A stretch of DNA of 18,968 nt from Candidatus Sumerlaeia bacterium (GTDB lineage: Bacteria; Sumerlaeota; Sumerlaeia; SLMS01). Made by a program: the position numbers and the translations under genes. Shown piece after piece: positions 6,700-15,042 of the stretch. The stretch is from positions 1 through 18,968 of the forward strand of contig JBBQYG010000064.1 in the NCBI GenBank assembly GCA_038208905.1, written 5' to 3'. The notes beneath the pieces are model-generated. The model saw only the letters and a program-made list of their open reading frames with translations, was not told where the DNA came from and searched no databases. Each line of letters starts with the position of its first letter. Within the stretch, counting starts at the first letter, position 1.

Positions 6700-7845
6700 T
6701 CAGCACTCCCCCAGCGCCTGCTCCAGTACCCGCGCCGCCTCCGCGACATCTTCCCGCGTTGTCCCCGGTCCCATGCTAAACCTGACCCCGCCGTGTGCCG
6801 TGGCTTCGTCGAGGCCCATCGCGAGGAGCACGTGGCTGGGGGCCGCGTTGCCCGTGGAGCAGGCAGAGCCCGCCGAGATCGCCACGCCCGCGCGATCCAT
6901 TTCCATCACCAGCCTGCTCCCCTCGATGCCTACGAAGGAGACATGCAGCGTATTCAAAAGTGAGTCCGATTCCGGGGAATTGCGGCGCGCATTTGGGGCG
7001 ACCTGCTGGATCAGGCGCCAAAGTTCCCCGCGCAGTTCGCCCCATGAATCGGCGAGCGCGGACTGCTCCCCCACCGCCAGTTCGGCGGCACAGACAAATC
7101 CAACGATGGATGGCGCGTCCTCTGTCCCGGCGCGAAGACCCTGCTCCTGACCTCCACCGGAAATCTGGGCGTCAATCTCCATGCCCTCGCGTCTATACAA
7201 GGCACCCGCGCCCTTCGGTCCGCCGATCTTGTGTCCGTTGAGGGAGACCAGATCGGCGCCCAGCGCCACCACGTTCAGCGGCTCGCGGCCAAGGAGCTGC
7301 ACAGCGTCGGTGTGAAATCGCGCCCGCGACTGATCGTGGACCACATCGGCGAAGGCGCGGATGGGATTGAGGGATCCGACTTCATTGTTTGCGGCGATGA
7401 TGGAGACGAGGACGGTGGTGGGGCGAAGCGCTCCGCGCAACTCTTGAACGCGTACCCGCGCGGACGCATCCACTGGTAGGATTGTGAGTTCAAAGCCATG
7501 CCGCTCGCGCAGGTCGATGGCCGTGTCGAGCACGGCCTTGTGCTCGGTTGCGGAGACGATCAGGTGGTTACCACTCCCCCGCCGCCGGGCGGCGAAGCAC
7601 ACACCGCGCAGCGCGAGGTTGTTGGCCTCGCTGGCGCCGGAGGTGAAGACAATCTCCTCCGGCGACGCGGCGCCGATCAGCTTAGCCAAACGCCGGCGGG
7701 CCTTCTCGATCGCATAGCGGGCCGCGGCGCCGACAGAGTGGGGGGAACTCGCGTTGCCCCACGCGGTCGCATGCGCCTCGGCCATCGCCTCGACGACCTC
7801 CCGGCGGGGAGGACTCGTCGAGTTGTGGTCGAGGTACACGGCCAC
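6700..7845 (-). CDS. iscS: Cysteine desulfurase (IscS/NifS, group I)
   Basis: YLDHNST, IVFTSGASEANN, TEHKAV, FHTDAVQ, PLP Lys in GHKIGGPKG, RAGT, and catalytic Cys in SAGSACS. Confidence 0.93.
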   Translation of the reverse strand: MAVYLDHNSTSPPRREVVEAMAEAHATAWGNASSPHSVGAAARYAIEKARRRLAKLIGAASPEEIVFTSGASEANNLALRGVCFAARRRGSGNHLIVSATEHKAVLDTAIDLRERHGFELTILPVDASARVRVQELRGALRPTTVLVSIIAANNEVGSLNPIRAFADVVHDQSRARFHTDAVQLLGREPLNVVALGADLVSLNGHKIGGPKGAGALYRREGMEIDAQISGGGQEQGLRAGTEDAPSIVGFVCAAELAVGEQSALADSWGELRGELWRLIQQVAPNARRNSPESDSLLNTLHVSFVGIEGSRLVMEMDRAGVAISAGSACSTGNAAPSHVLLAMGLDEATAHGGVRFSMGPGTTREDVAEAARVLEQALGEC

Positions 7846-7848
7846 CGA

Positions 7849-9312
7849 TCAGTCCGTCAGTTCGTTCATCATATAGGATACCGCATCCGTGTATCGCACA
7901 CGCGCGTCCAGAATGCGCTTGGTCAGGAGGAAGTTCTGATGCAGCCCCTCCACGAAGAACTCCATCATAAGGAGGTGCTCCATCTCATTGCCGGGCTTGG
8001 CCATCCTGGCGACAACGTCACGAAGTCCGCCCACGCCGCCAAGGAGCTTTGCGTACTCCTCGTGGGGTGTCATCGTGTCGATTTCGAGAATGTTCCCAGC
8101 CTCGAACCAATCGACGATGGGCTGGAACGCGGAGAAGTCGGTCTTCTTGTCGCGGCCCTTCTTGTGACCACCCACGAAGCGGCTGTTGAAGGCCTCCTTG
8201 ACGCCTTTTCCGATGAGGTGGATGGCGACGTTGGTGAGGCCCTCCTGCTCGCCCTGGTGGACGAGTTCGATCTTTCCAGTGAGCGCGGTGAGCGCCTGGA
8301 AGAGATCGCCAACGCGGGCGATGGCGACCTTCTCTCCGTGGCGATGGGCGCGCATCTCGGCGATGGAGTAGAGGGTTTCGAGAAAGCTAATCCCCATGCG
8401 CGCGGAGACCCCGGAGGCCTTGTCCACGAAGTCCGACTCGCGGGCTTCCAAGGCAATCTGCTCGACCAGTTCGCGGAGGATCGGCTCCACGCGGACCTCG
8501 ATGCCGCGGTCGCTCCACGCTTCCTGCTCGGTGATGAGCTGGGACTCGCGGATGTTCGTGGGATAGTGCGTCAGGATCTGGGCGTCGATTCTGTCCTTCA
8601 GCGGCGTGATGATGTTGCCGCGGTTGGTGTAGTCCTCCGGGTTGGCGGTAAACACCAGCGCCACGTCGAGCGCGAGGCGGATTGGAAAGCCGCGAATCTG
8701 GATGTCCTTTTCCTCGAGGATGTTGAGGAGGCCCACCTGAATGCGCGCCTGAAGGTCGGGAAGCTCGTTGATGGCGAAAATGCCACGGTTCGAGCGCGGG
8801 ATGATGCCGAAATGGATCACTTCTTCGTCGCTGAGGTCGAGCTTGCGAGAGACTGCCTTGATCGGATCGATGTCGCCGATAAGGTCGGCGATGGAGACGT
8901 CGGGGGTGGCCAGCTTCTCGTGATAGCGCGAGGCGGCGGGAATCCACGAGATGGGGGTCGCATCACCATGCTTATCGAGGAGGTTTCGCGTTCGGCGGGT
9001 GATCGGGCGGAGGGGGGACTCGTTGAGGTGCGAGCCCTCCACGATGGGCATGTGATCGTCGAGGAGGGTCACCAACTGGCGGATCATGCGGGTCTTGGCC
9101 TGGCCGCGCAGGCCGAGCAGGAGGAAGTCGTGCTTGGCGAGGATCGCCGCGACCACCTGGGGGACGACTGTCTTCTCGTACCCAACGATTCCCGGAAAGA
9201 GCACTTCGCCGGTGCGCAGCTTGGCGATGAGGTTGCGGCGCATCTCGTCCTTCACGGACTCATCCTGCCATCCGGATGCCTTGAGTGCGCCGAGAGTCAT
9301 GGGGAGCTTCAT
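7849..9312 (-). CDS. Mg-chelatase subunit I-like AAA+ ATPase
   Basis: Real start at ATG 9312 (MKLPMTLGALKASGW) inside ORF 7849..10329. Variant Walker A GLRGQAKT, EKLATPDVSIADLIGDIDP, variant Walker B FAINELPDL, ANPEDYTNRG.IITPLKDR and SGVSAR. Confidence 0.85.
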   Translation of the reverse strand: MKLPMTLGALKASGWQDESVKDEMRRNLIAKLRTGEVLFPGIVGYEKTVVPQVVAAILAKHDFLLLGLRGQAKTRMIRQLVTLLDDHMPIVEGSHLNESPLRPITRRTRNLLDKHGDATPISWIPAASRYHEKLATPDVSIADLIGDIDPIKAVSRKLDLSDEEVIHFGIIPRSNRGIFAINELPDLQARIQVGLLNILEEKDIQIRGFPIRLALDVALVFTANPEDYTNRGNIITPLKDRIDAQILTHYPTNIRESQLITEQEAWSDRGIEVRVEPILRELVEQIALEARESDFVDKASGVSARMGISFLETLYSIAEMRAHRHGEKVAIARVGDLFQALTALTGKIELVHQGEQEGLTNVAIHLIGKGVKEAFNSRFVGGHKKGRDKKTDFSAFQPIVDWFEAGNILEIDTMTPHEEYAKLLGGVGGLRDVVARMAKPGNEMEHLLMMEFFVEGLHQNFLLTKRILDARVRYTDAVSYMMNELTD

Positions 9313-9427
9313 GGGGTGGGTTCCTTGGCCGTCGAGGGGGCTTGTCGGGACGATGTTACTTTCCCTGCGGGGAGGGGGAGCAAGTTTCAATCCCGCGATT
9401 TTCGGCGCGGAGCGGTGCCGTTTTCCG

Positions 9428-9456
9428 TTGACTGGGCCACTCGGTGCCCGTCTGAT
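9428..9456 (+). promoter_or_regulatory. Putative promoter of the infC operon
   Basis: TTGACT (9428-9433), 17-nt spacer, TCTGAT (9451-9456); places the start site just before the structured leader. Confidence 0.35.
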
Positions 9457-9465
9457 CCCGTCCCT

Positions 9466-9597
9466 CAAGCAGGGGAATTCACCCCCCTCACCTGTCGGCG
9501 CCCATCGCGGGTTGTTTCCAGGTCTTTGAAACAGACTCTCTGGTTTGAAGACCGCAAGACGCGACCGGCTCGACAGGCACTGCCTGCCGAGCTTTTT
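9466..9597 (+). ncRNA. L20-leader-like structured 5' UTR of infC-rpmI-rplT
   Basis: CAAGCAG (9466-72) can pair with CTGCCTG (9580-86). A GGGG/CCCC hairpin is followed by CTCACCTG, and a long arm is closed by CCTGTCG (9491-97)/CGACAGG (9571-77). An alternative hairpin at 9568-9592 is followed by T5. Confidence 0.55.
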
Positions 9598-9621
9598 CAT
9601 TTCCACACGGAGGACGCCGCC

Positions 9622-10188
9622 ATCCGCAAGCCTGACGAGACCCGGACCAACCGCGAGATTCGCGAGAAGGAAGTGCGCCTGATCGCAGAGGACGGCACCC
9701 AGGTGGGCGTTGTGCCCATCGAGGACGCCCTCCGCCGCGCCGAGGAGGCCGGGCTGGACCTTGTTGAGGTGGCCGCCGAGGCCAAGCCGCCCGTTTGCCG
9801 CATCTACGACTACAAGAAGGTCGTGTACGAGAAGAAGAAGAAGCTGAAGGAGTCGCGCAAGAAGGCCACGACCACGCACCTCAAGGAAGTCAAGATGCGC
9901 GTGGCCATCGACGCCCACGACCGCGACTTCAAGATCAAGAAGGCCCGCGACTTTCTGGAGAAGGGGGACAAGGTCAAGTTCACGATCATGTTCCGCGGAC
10001 GAGAGGTCACCAAGCCGGAACTGGGCGAGCGGCTGGTCGACGCGATCCGCGAATCCCTCAAGGATATCGGGGAACTCGAATCGCCCGCGATGAAGATGGG
10101 CCGCCAGGTTAGCCTGTTGATGGGGCGCCGCAAGGACTGGCACCCGCCCAAGAAGGAAAAGGAAGCGGCACCCGCCGCCAAGACCTGA
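9622..10188 (+). CDS. infC: Translation initiation factor IF-3 (probable ATC start)
   Basis: NREIREKEVRLI, GLDLVEVA..AKPPVCRIYDY, LKEVKMR, FLEKGDKVKFTIMFRGRE. GGAGG at 9609-9613 lies 8 nt before an in-frame ATC, and there is no ATG/GTG/TTG between the leader and the conserved N-terminus. Confidence 0.95.
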   Translation: MRKPDETRTNREIREKEVRLIAEDGTQVGVVPIEDALRRAEEAGLDLVEVAAEAKPPVCRIYDYKKVVYEKKKKLKESRKKATTTHLKEVKMRVAIDAHDRDFKIKKARDFLEKGDKVKFTIMFRGREVTKPELGERLVDAIRESLKDIGELESPAMKMGRQVSLLMGRRKDWHPPKKEKEAAPAAKT

Positions 10189-10236
10189 CAAGAAATCCAC
10201 AATGCGCCACGGCGCACAGTACGAAAGGACAGGCCC

Positions 10237-10431
10237 ATGCCCAAGATGAAGACCCACTCCGGCGCCTCGAAGCGCTTCTCGAAGACGGCCACCGGAAAGA
10301 TCAAGCGGAAGCGCCAAAACGCCCGCCATATCCTCACCAAGAAGTCGCCCAAGCGCAAGCGTCGCCTAGGCTCCCCCGCCTTCGTGTCCGACGCGGACGA
10401 GAAGCGAATGAAGCTGCTGATCGGCTTCTAA
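10237..10431 (+). CDS. rpmI: 50S ribosomal protein L35
   Basis: [36 protein letters not shown]; synteny with infC and rplT. Confidence 0.98.
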   Translation: MPKMKTHSGASKRFSKTATGKIKRKRQNARHILTKKSPKRKRRLGSPAFVSDADEKRMKLLIGF

Positions 10432-10487
10432 GGTCCACCCGGTTTCCCAATCCTTCGACCCAATATCACGACACGAGGTAAGCACCC

Positions 10488-10883
10488 ATGAGAGCAATCA
10501 ACAACGTAGCCTCCCGTCGCCGCCGCAAGAAGGTCCTCAAGGCGGCTCGTGGCTACTACAGCGGACGGCATCGTCTGTTTCAGAACGCCAAGGAAACGGT
10601 GAAGCGCGCCTTGGCCTATGCCTATCGCGACCGCCGCCAGAAGAAGCGCAACGCCCGCGCCATGTGGATCGCCCGTATCAACGCGGCATGCCGCCTCAAC
10701 GGGATGCCCTACAGCCGCCTGATCAATGGCCTGCGCATCGCCAAGATCGAGCTCGACCGCAAGAGCCTGAGCGAGATCGCCATCCACGACCCCAAGGGCT
10801 TCACGTCCATCGTGGAACGCGCCCGCAAGGCGCTGGAGACGAGCCCCGAGAAGACGGCAGCCCGCACGGTGCCCGCGATCTGA
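10488..10883 (+). CDS. rplT: 50S ribosomal protein L20
   Basis: [62 protein letters not shown]. Confidence 0.98.
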   Translation: MRAINNVASRRRRKKVLKAARGYYSGRHRLFQNAKETVKRALAYAYRDRRQKKRNARAMWIARINAACRLNGMPYSRLINGLRIAKIELDRKSLSEIAIHDPKGFTSIVERARKALETSPEKTAARTVPAI

Positions 10884-10910
10884 TCGCACCCCGATATCGC
10901 AGGAATCGGA

Positions 10911-10940
10911 AAGCGCCCTCCGGGATTCCGGAGGGCGCTT
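10911..10940. terminator. Hairpin terminator between the convergent rplT and phosphoesterase genes (possibly bidirectional)
   Basis: 13-bp stem AAGCGCCCTCCGG / CCGGAGGGCGCTT with GATT loop. Confidence 0.8.
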
Positions 10941-10959
10941 CTGCGTTGGTGATTCGTAG

Positions 10960-11874
10960 TCAACTCCACTGCTGAAGGTTGATGTACTCCGCCATCGCCG
11001 GCAGCTTGACGGGCTTGTGCTGCCATCCTTTCGCGGCATGGTCGAATCGGTGTGTCTCGATGGACCAGGGCGATCCTGCAAAGTCGATCACGTGGTATCC
11101 CATGTCGGGGGCCGCGCCGCCGCGCCTAAGGAACGGCGCGCCGCCGTTGAGGTAGGTAAGCGTTGGCACGGTAGGACTGCCGTAGATCCAACGGTAGTGG
11201 TGGTGACCGTGAAGCCAAAGGATCGGAATGGCCAAGTCCCCAAGCACGCTGAGGAGTGCACCGCTCCCAAGGAGCTGTGGTCCGCGGTCGTGCGGGAGGA
11301 CGCCGGGAGGATCCTCCGGCGGGAAGTGGCAAAGCACGACAAGGCGTTGGATCGACGCCCTGCTGGCGGCAAGAAGCTCCACAACGGAGGCGAGCCGCTC
11401 CTCCGTGATGGCTCCGTGGGAACCGATTCCGTTGGGGGTGGTGGCGTTCATCGAAAGCATGAAGACGCCGGGCTCAAGTTCGCACAAGGCAATGCCACAC
11501 TCTGCGCGGGAAATCTTCCCGATGACGAGTCCAAAGGTGCGTCCATCGACCTGCGAAGTTAGGTAGCAGTCGTGGTTCCCGGGGACGGCGAAAACGCGCC
11601 CTTCCCTTCCTGCGAGGGCGGGGGCGAGAGCCGCGTTGGCTGCGGCAAACTCGGATGCAATGCCCGTGCTGCTGAAGTCGCCAGTAAGCAGCAGGCCGTC
11701 GGCGGGAACCTCCGCAAGGCGCGCGGCAAGGAGGGGCGCCATCTCCTGCCGGAACTTCTTGGCGCGACCGCCGACGATGAGATTGCCAACGCCAAGGAGG
11801 CGCTTTCCCACGTAGGCCAGCGGGTTGAGCGGCACGCGCCAGAAATGCAGGTCGCCGACGTGGAGAAAGCGCAT
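10960..11874 (-). CDS. Calcineurin-like metallophosphoesterase
   Basis: All five metal-binding motifs: GDLH, TGD, PGNHD, CHFPP and HGHHH. Confidence 0.92.
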   Translation of the reverse strand: MRFLHVGDLHFWRVPLNPLAYVGKRLLGVGNLIVGGRAKKFRQEMAPLLAARLAEVPADGLLLTGDFSSTGIASEFAAANAALAPALAGREGRVFAVPGNHDCYLTSQVDGRTFGLVIGKISRAECGIALCELEPGVFMLSMNATTPNGIGSHGAITEERLASVVELLAASRASIQRLVVLCHFPPEDPPGVLPHDRGPQLLGSGALLSVLGDLAIPILWLHGHHHYRWIYGSPTVPTLTYLNGGAPFLRRGGAAPDMGYHVIDFAGSPWSIETHRFDHAAKGWQHKPVKLPAMAEYINLQQWS

Positions 11875-11900
11875 GGTGGGTCCTTGCGATTGAGGTTCGG

Positions 11901-11945
11901 AAAAGTGAATCGCCCCCTTCCCGCAGGCGGAGAAAGGGGCGATTC
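11901..11945 (-). terminator. Putative intrinsic terminator after the 143-aa gene
   Basis: GAATCGCCCC (11907-16) / GGGGCGATTC (11936-45) with an imperfect inner stem, followed by ACTTTT on the - strand. Confidence 0.55.
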
Positions 11946-11971
11946 CAGGGACTCGGGGGCGATGGGCGGCC

Positions 11972-12403
11972 TTAGCCCTTGAGGAATACCGTCCGCGCGG
12001 CGGTGCCGCGCTGGCCGTTGCTGCGGGCTTGCCAACCGGCGGGCATGTAGGCCGTCAGCTTGCGGAAGTCATTGGAGCCAAAGCCCTCGTCCGTAAGCGC
12101 GATGCGCAGCTCGCGGCTGAGGTCAGTGTTGGGGCGGATGTGACCGTTCTCGATGAAGCGACCGATGATTTCCTTCTTGTGAAGGGCGGTCATGCGCTTG
12201 CCGGTCCGGGGCTTGCGGCCGACGCCGCCGCGACGGGGCTCGCCGATAAGGGCCAGCAACTCCTCTTCTTCGCGATCAAGCGCCGTGCGGGACTGTCGAA
12301 TCTCTTCGATGCGCTTCTTGGCTGGCTCGACGAGGGCGCGCTTCTGCTGCTCCGCCTGACTGTCAATGGCCGCCATCTTCTCTTTGATCGACGAAACGTC
12401 CAT
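11972..12403 (-). CDS. Hypothetical 143-aa protein: coiled coil, basic linker and small basic domain (candidate DNA-binding protein)
   Basis: Likely start ATG 12403 (MDVSSIKEK), because the ORF-track N-terminus overlaps the RDD gene. Charged heptad-like N-half, linker PRRGGVGRKPRTGKR, C-terminus GWQARSNGQRGTAARTVF. Confidence 0.75.
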   Translation of the reverse strand: MDVSSIKEKMAAIDSQAEQQKRALVEPAKKRIEEIRQSRTALDREEEELLALIGEPRRGGVGRKPRTGKRMTALHKKEIIGRFIENGHIRPNTDLSRELRIALTDEGFGSNDFRKLTAYMPAGWQARSNGQRGTAARTVFLKG

Positions 12404-12470
12404 CAGATTGCTCAAGTGCCTTGCCTTTCGTTTTGTGCGGTGTAACTCAACGGGCCGACGGTTGCCCGAT

Positions 12471-13700
12471 TCACTCCGGGGCGGCAACTGGAATTGAGGA
12501 GGGGGGTTCCTCTGATTTTGCCACTCCAAGTGGAGGAAAGTGAAACACCTTCGCGGCGGTGTAGCGCTGGAGGGGAAACGGAAAAGGAGAGAGTGAGGCC
12601 CGGGAAATGTACACGATGACCAGATCAACAGGGCTCTCTACAAGTTCACGGGAATAGGTTTGATCGCTGCCGGCACTGGACGCCTTTAGGAGCTTCGCCA
12701 GAGTTGATAACATGACGTTCCTGTATGTGCCCGCGAACTCTTCCGCGGCAGCAATTGCCTTTTCCTGTGCATAGTTGGATCTCTTGGAGTTATCGAAAGA
12801 CACAGCGACGTGAAGCGCCAGCGCGCCACTCGTCATCTGATTGTCGATTCCCATGCGCACGGGTGACGTGAGGAAGTCCGAAAGGGGACTGTATTGGCTA
12901 AGCTGCGCCTCCTTCATTGGGAGGGCGTAGAGGAATCCGGCATCGTAGCCATCCACCGTCTCGATCTGTGCCCGGGCGTCTGCATAGACCTTGGTGTCTC
13001 CGTCGGTCTCGCGCGGAAAACCCATGAATGCGAGGAGTGACATAATGATGAGAACTGTGACACCGCAAGAGTATTGGGGTTGGCGGTGAAACTTGATCCA
13101 ATCGTACCCCACTCTTTCGCGCATTTCATCGAATGAGGGATACGCGTTGTCTGACTTCCCTCCGGTCGGCCTGACAAGAGTGCCCGCGGCAAAATCGTGG
13201 AGGCCTTGCTTGAACGGGTTGAAGGGAATGCTAATGAGCGTGGCGAGGACAATGGCAAGGCTTGGATATCCCGTAAGCAGGCTGCGGAGATACTCTTCCA
13301 TCGGGGTTCCCCGGTCGCCCAGGATGACCTGTGTCAGAGGAACCGTTACGTACATTGGATAGAGTACAATCGTCCGAATGATTGATTGGCGCCAAGTTGG
13401 AGGGTTGCCTTCCTCGTCGGTCGCGGCGATGCGGAACACGATCTTTCCGACAGTTCTGCCCCTGCCAAAGGGCCCATTGAAGGCCGCGAAATAGAAGAAG
13501 CAGAGGCCGGAGGTGAGGTAGGGCGACCACTCTCCCGCTGCCCAGAAGACCCCGGGAATCGCATTGCTGATGAGTCGGATTGCGCTGAGCAGCATGAAGA
13601 GGTCGATCGCCAGCGCCCCCAGCCTGATCCACAGCCCCGCCACGGGGAGCTTGGGCATGCGCAGGAAGCCAGTCGTAAAGTTTGTACTCGGGGAGTCCAT
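12471..13700 (-). CDS. RDD family membrane protein with long C-terminal extension
   Basis: AGLWIRLGALAIDL (R, D), GRTVGK..RI, IIRT and KQGLHDFAAGTLV (D); an additional TM helix is followed by an ~180-aa soluble domain. Confidence 0.85.
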   Translation of the reverse strand: MDSPSTNFTTGFLRMPKLPVAGLWIRLGALAIDLFMLLSAIRLISNAIPGVFWAAGEWSPYLTSGLCFFYFAAFNGPFGRGRTVGKIVFRIAATDEEGNPPTWRQSIIRTIVLYPMYVTVPLTQVILGDRGTPMEEYLRSLLTGYPSLAIVLATLISIPFNPFKQGLHDFAAGTLVRPTGGKSDNAYPSFDEMRERVGYDWIKFHRQPQYSCGVTVLIIMSLLAFMGFPRETDGDTKVYADARAQIETVDGYDAGFLYALPMKEAQLSQYSPLSDFLTSPVRMGIDNQMTSGALALHVAVSFDNSKRSNYAQEKAIAAAEEFAGTYRNVMLSTLAKLLKASSAGSDQTYSRELVESPVDLVIVYISRASLSPFPFPLQRYTAAKVFHFPPLGVAKSEEPPSSIPVAAPE

Positions 13701-13742
13701 TCAGCAGTCCTTGGTCGGGTGGGAAAAAACGGGGTGCTGCGA

Positions 13743-14396
13743 CTATTCAACGACGGGTAGGTCGATCTCGATTCCGGCCTGGCGGAGGTCGTGGACGACG
13801 CTTTGGAGCTGGACGAGGAGGAGCTTCATGCGCCGGTGGAGGATTGTCTCCTCCAGAAGCGACTGTCGCGCGTAGGGGTCCATGACGAGCGTGGAGGCGA
13901 CAACGTCGCACACGACGGCGGGATGCTGGTGGGTGTTCACGAGGTTGGTGAGGATTCGCCTGCCATCGGCGAAGCGAGCGCCGACGTGCTCGGCCAAGGC
14001 GGCGATTTTGCGCATCAGGGCCATGACCTCGTCGCGCTCGATGGGAGGAAAGCCCTCGGTGATCGGCGTAACTTCGGCGATGCGGAATGGCTCTGTCTGC
14101 ACCTCTTGGCGAATCGCCACGCGCTCGATTCCCTCGATCAGGATGCTCCACCGGCCATCGGGTAACTGATCGGCCGTGAGGATGCGCGCGGCCGTCAGTA
14201 CGCGATAGATCGGCGGCGCGCCGTGGTAGTCCTTCTCGTATCCCTCGCGCAGGTGGGCCATGCCCAGCCGCCGCTCCCCCGCCATCGCGAAATCCATCAT
14301 CTCGCGATAGCGAGGCTCGAAGACATGCAGCGGCACATGCGTCCGCGGGAAGAGGACGAAGTTGGGAAGCGGGAAGAGGGGAAGGCGATAGATCAT
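13743..14396 (-). CDS. Stand-alone LON peptidase substrate-binding domain protein
   Basis: LPLFPLPNFVLFP..PLHVFEPRYREM, LPDGRWSILIEGIER and RQSLLE; no ATPase or protease domain. Confidence 0.92.
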   Translation of the reverse strand: MIYRLPLFPLPNFVLFPRTHVPLHVFEPRYREMMDFAMAGERRLGMAHLREGYEKDYHGAPPIYRVLTAARILTADQLPDGRWSILIEGIERVAIRQEVQTEPFRIAEVTPITEGFPPIERDEVMALMRKIAALAEHVGARFADGRRILTNLVNTHQHPAVVCDVVASTLVMDPYARQSLLEETILHRRMKLLLVQLQSVVHDLRQAGIEIDLPVVE

Positions 14397-14517
14397 GGGG
14401 ACGGAGCCTGTGGATGGCGGGCGACGCGGTCAAGCGGCGGAGTCCGCGCGCTAAAGATTCGGGCTTTCCACTTGACCGGGAAGCGGCGGGCTCCGTTGAC
14501 TCCCCCCGAAGTTCGGG

Positions 14518-14593
14518 GCTGGCGTAGCTCAGTTGGCAGAGCAACTGACTTGTAATCAGTAGGTCGTCGGTTCGATTCCGACCGTCAGCTCCA
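14518..14593 (+). tRNA. tRNA-Thr(TGT)
   Basis: Acceptor GCTGGCG/CGTCAGC, anticodon arm ACTGA-CTTGTAA-TCAGT, T-arm GTCGG-TTCGATT-CCGAC, encoded CCA; 76 nt. Confidence 0.98.
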
Positions 14594-14708
14594 CTCCCTC
14601 ACTCCTTCAACTCGAAGCCCAGAAACAGCACGGGGAACTGTCCCGGGCGCGCGTCTCCGCGCGGTGGGCCGGCCTGATCAGAGAGTCGCGATTTGTCGGA
14701 GAGAAGAG

Positions 14709-14784
14709 TGGTGGAGGTAAGCGGAGTCGAACCGCTGACACCCAGACTGCCAGCCTGGTGCTCTACCAGCTGAGCTATACCCCC
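14709..14784 (-). tRNA. tRNA-Ala(GGC)
   Basis: Acceptor GGGGGTA/TACCTCC with G3:U70, anticodon arm CCAGG-CTGGCAG-TCTGG, T-arm AGCGG-TTCGACT-CCGCT, CCA; 76 nt. Confidence 0.98.
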
Positions 14785-15042
14785 ACTCGTGAGGCGTCGG
14801 CAGTAGAGGGACAGCCCCCGGCGCGGTCAAGCGCGAAGTTCGGGATTTTGCCGGCCCTCCCCCACGACTCGCTGTAAGCAGTTTCCTGCCCAAGGCTGAC
14901 GCCGAATGCGCAGGTGGAAAAACGCCGGGCGCTTCAAGTCCTTCGGGGCAAGAAATCCTTGCGTTACTCTTCGAAAAAGGTGGCAGCGGCAGCGTCTCCG
15001 CCGCCAGATTTAAGGTCGGAGACCAATAGAAGGAGGTGTTGT

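Noticed and set aside
7498-10329. Two long overlapping antiparallel ORFs (896 aa on +, 826 aa on -)
   Set aside because: Each is a real gene (infC, or the AAA+ ATPase) extended by the stop-free antisense shadow of the other. This is common with high-GC codon bias, and the extensions have no recognisable motifs.
14594-14708. Small GCGCG-TCTC-CGCGC hairpin between the convergent tRNAs
   Set aside because: A 5-bp stem with no U-tract and no second copy seen.
14914-15042. ORF-track N-terminal extension of the FG-GAP protein
   Set aside because: The strong AGGAGG and the signal-peptide-like sequence place the start at 15043.
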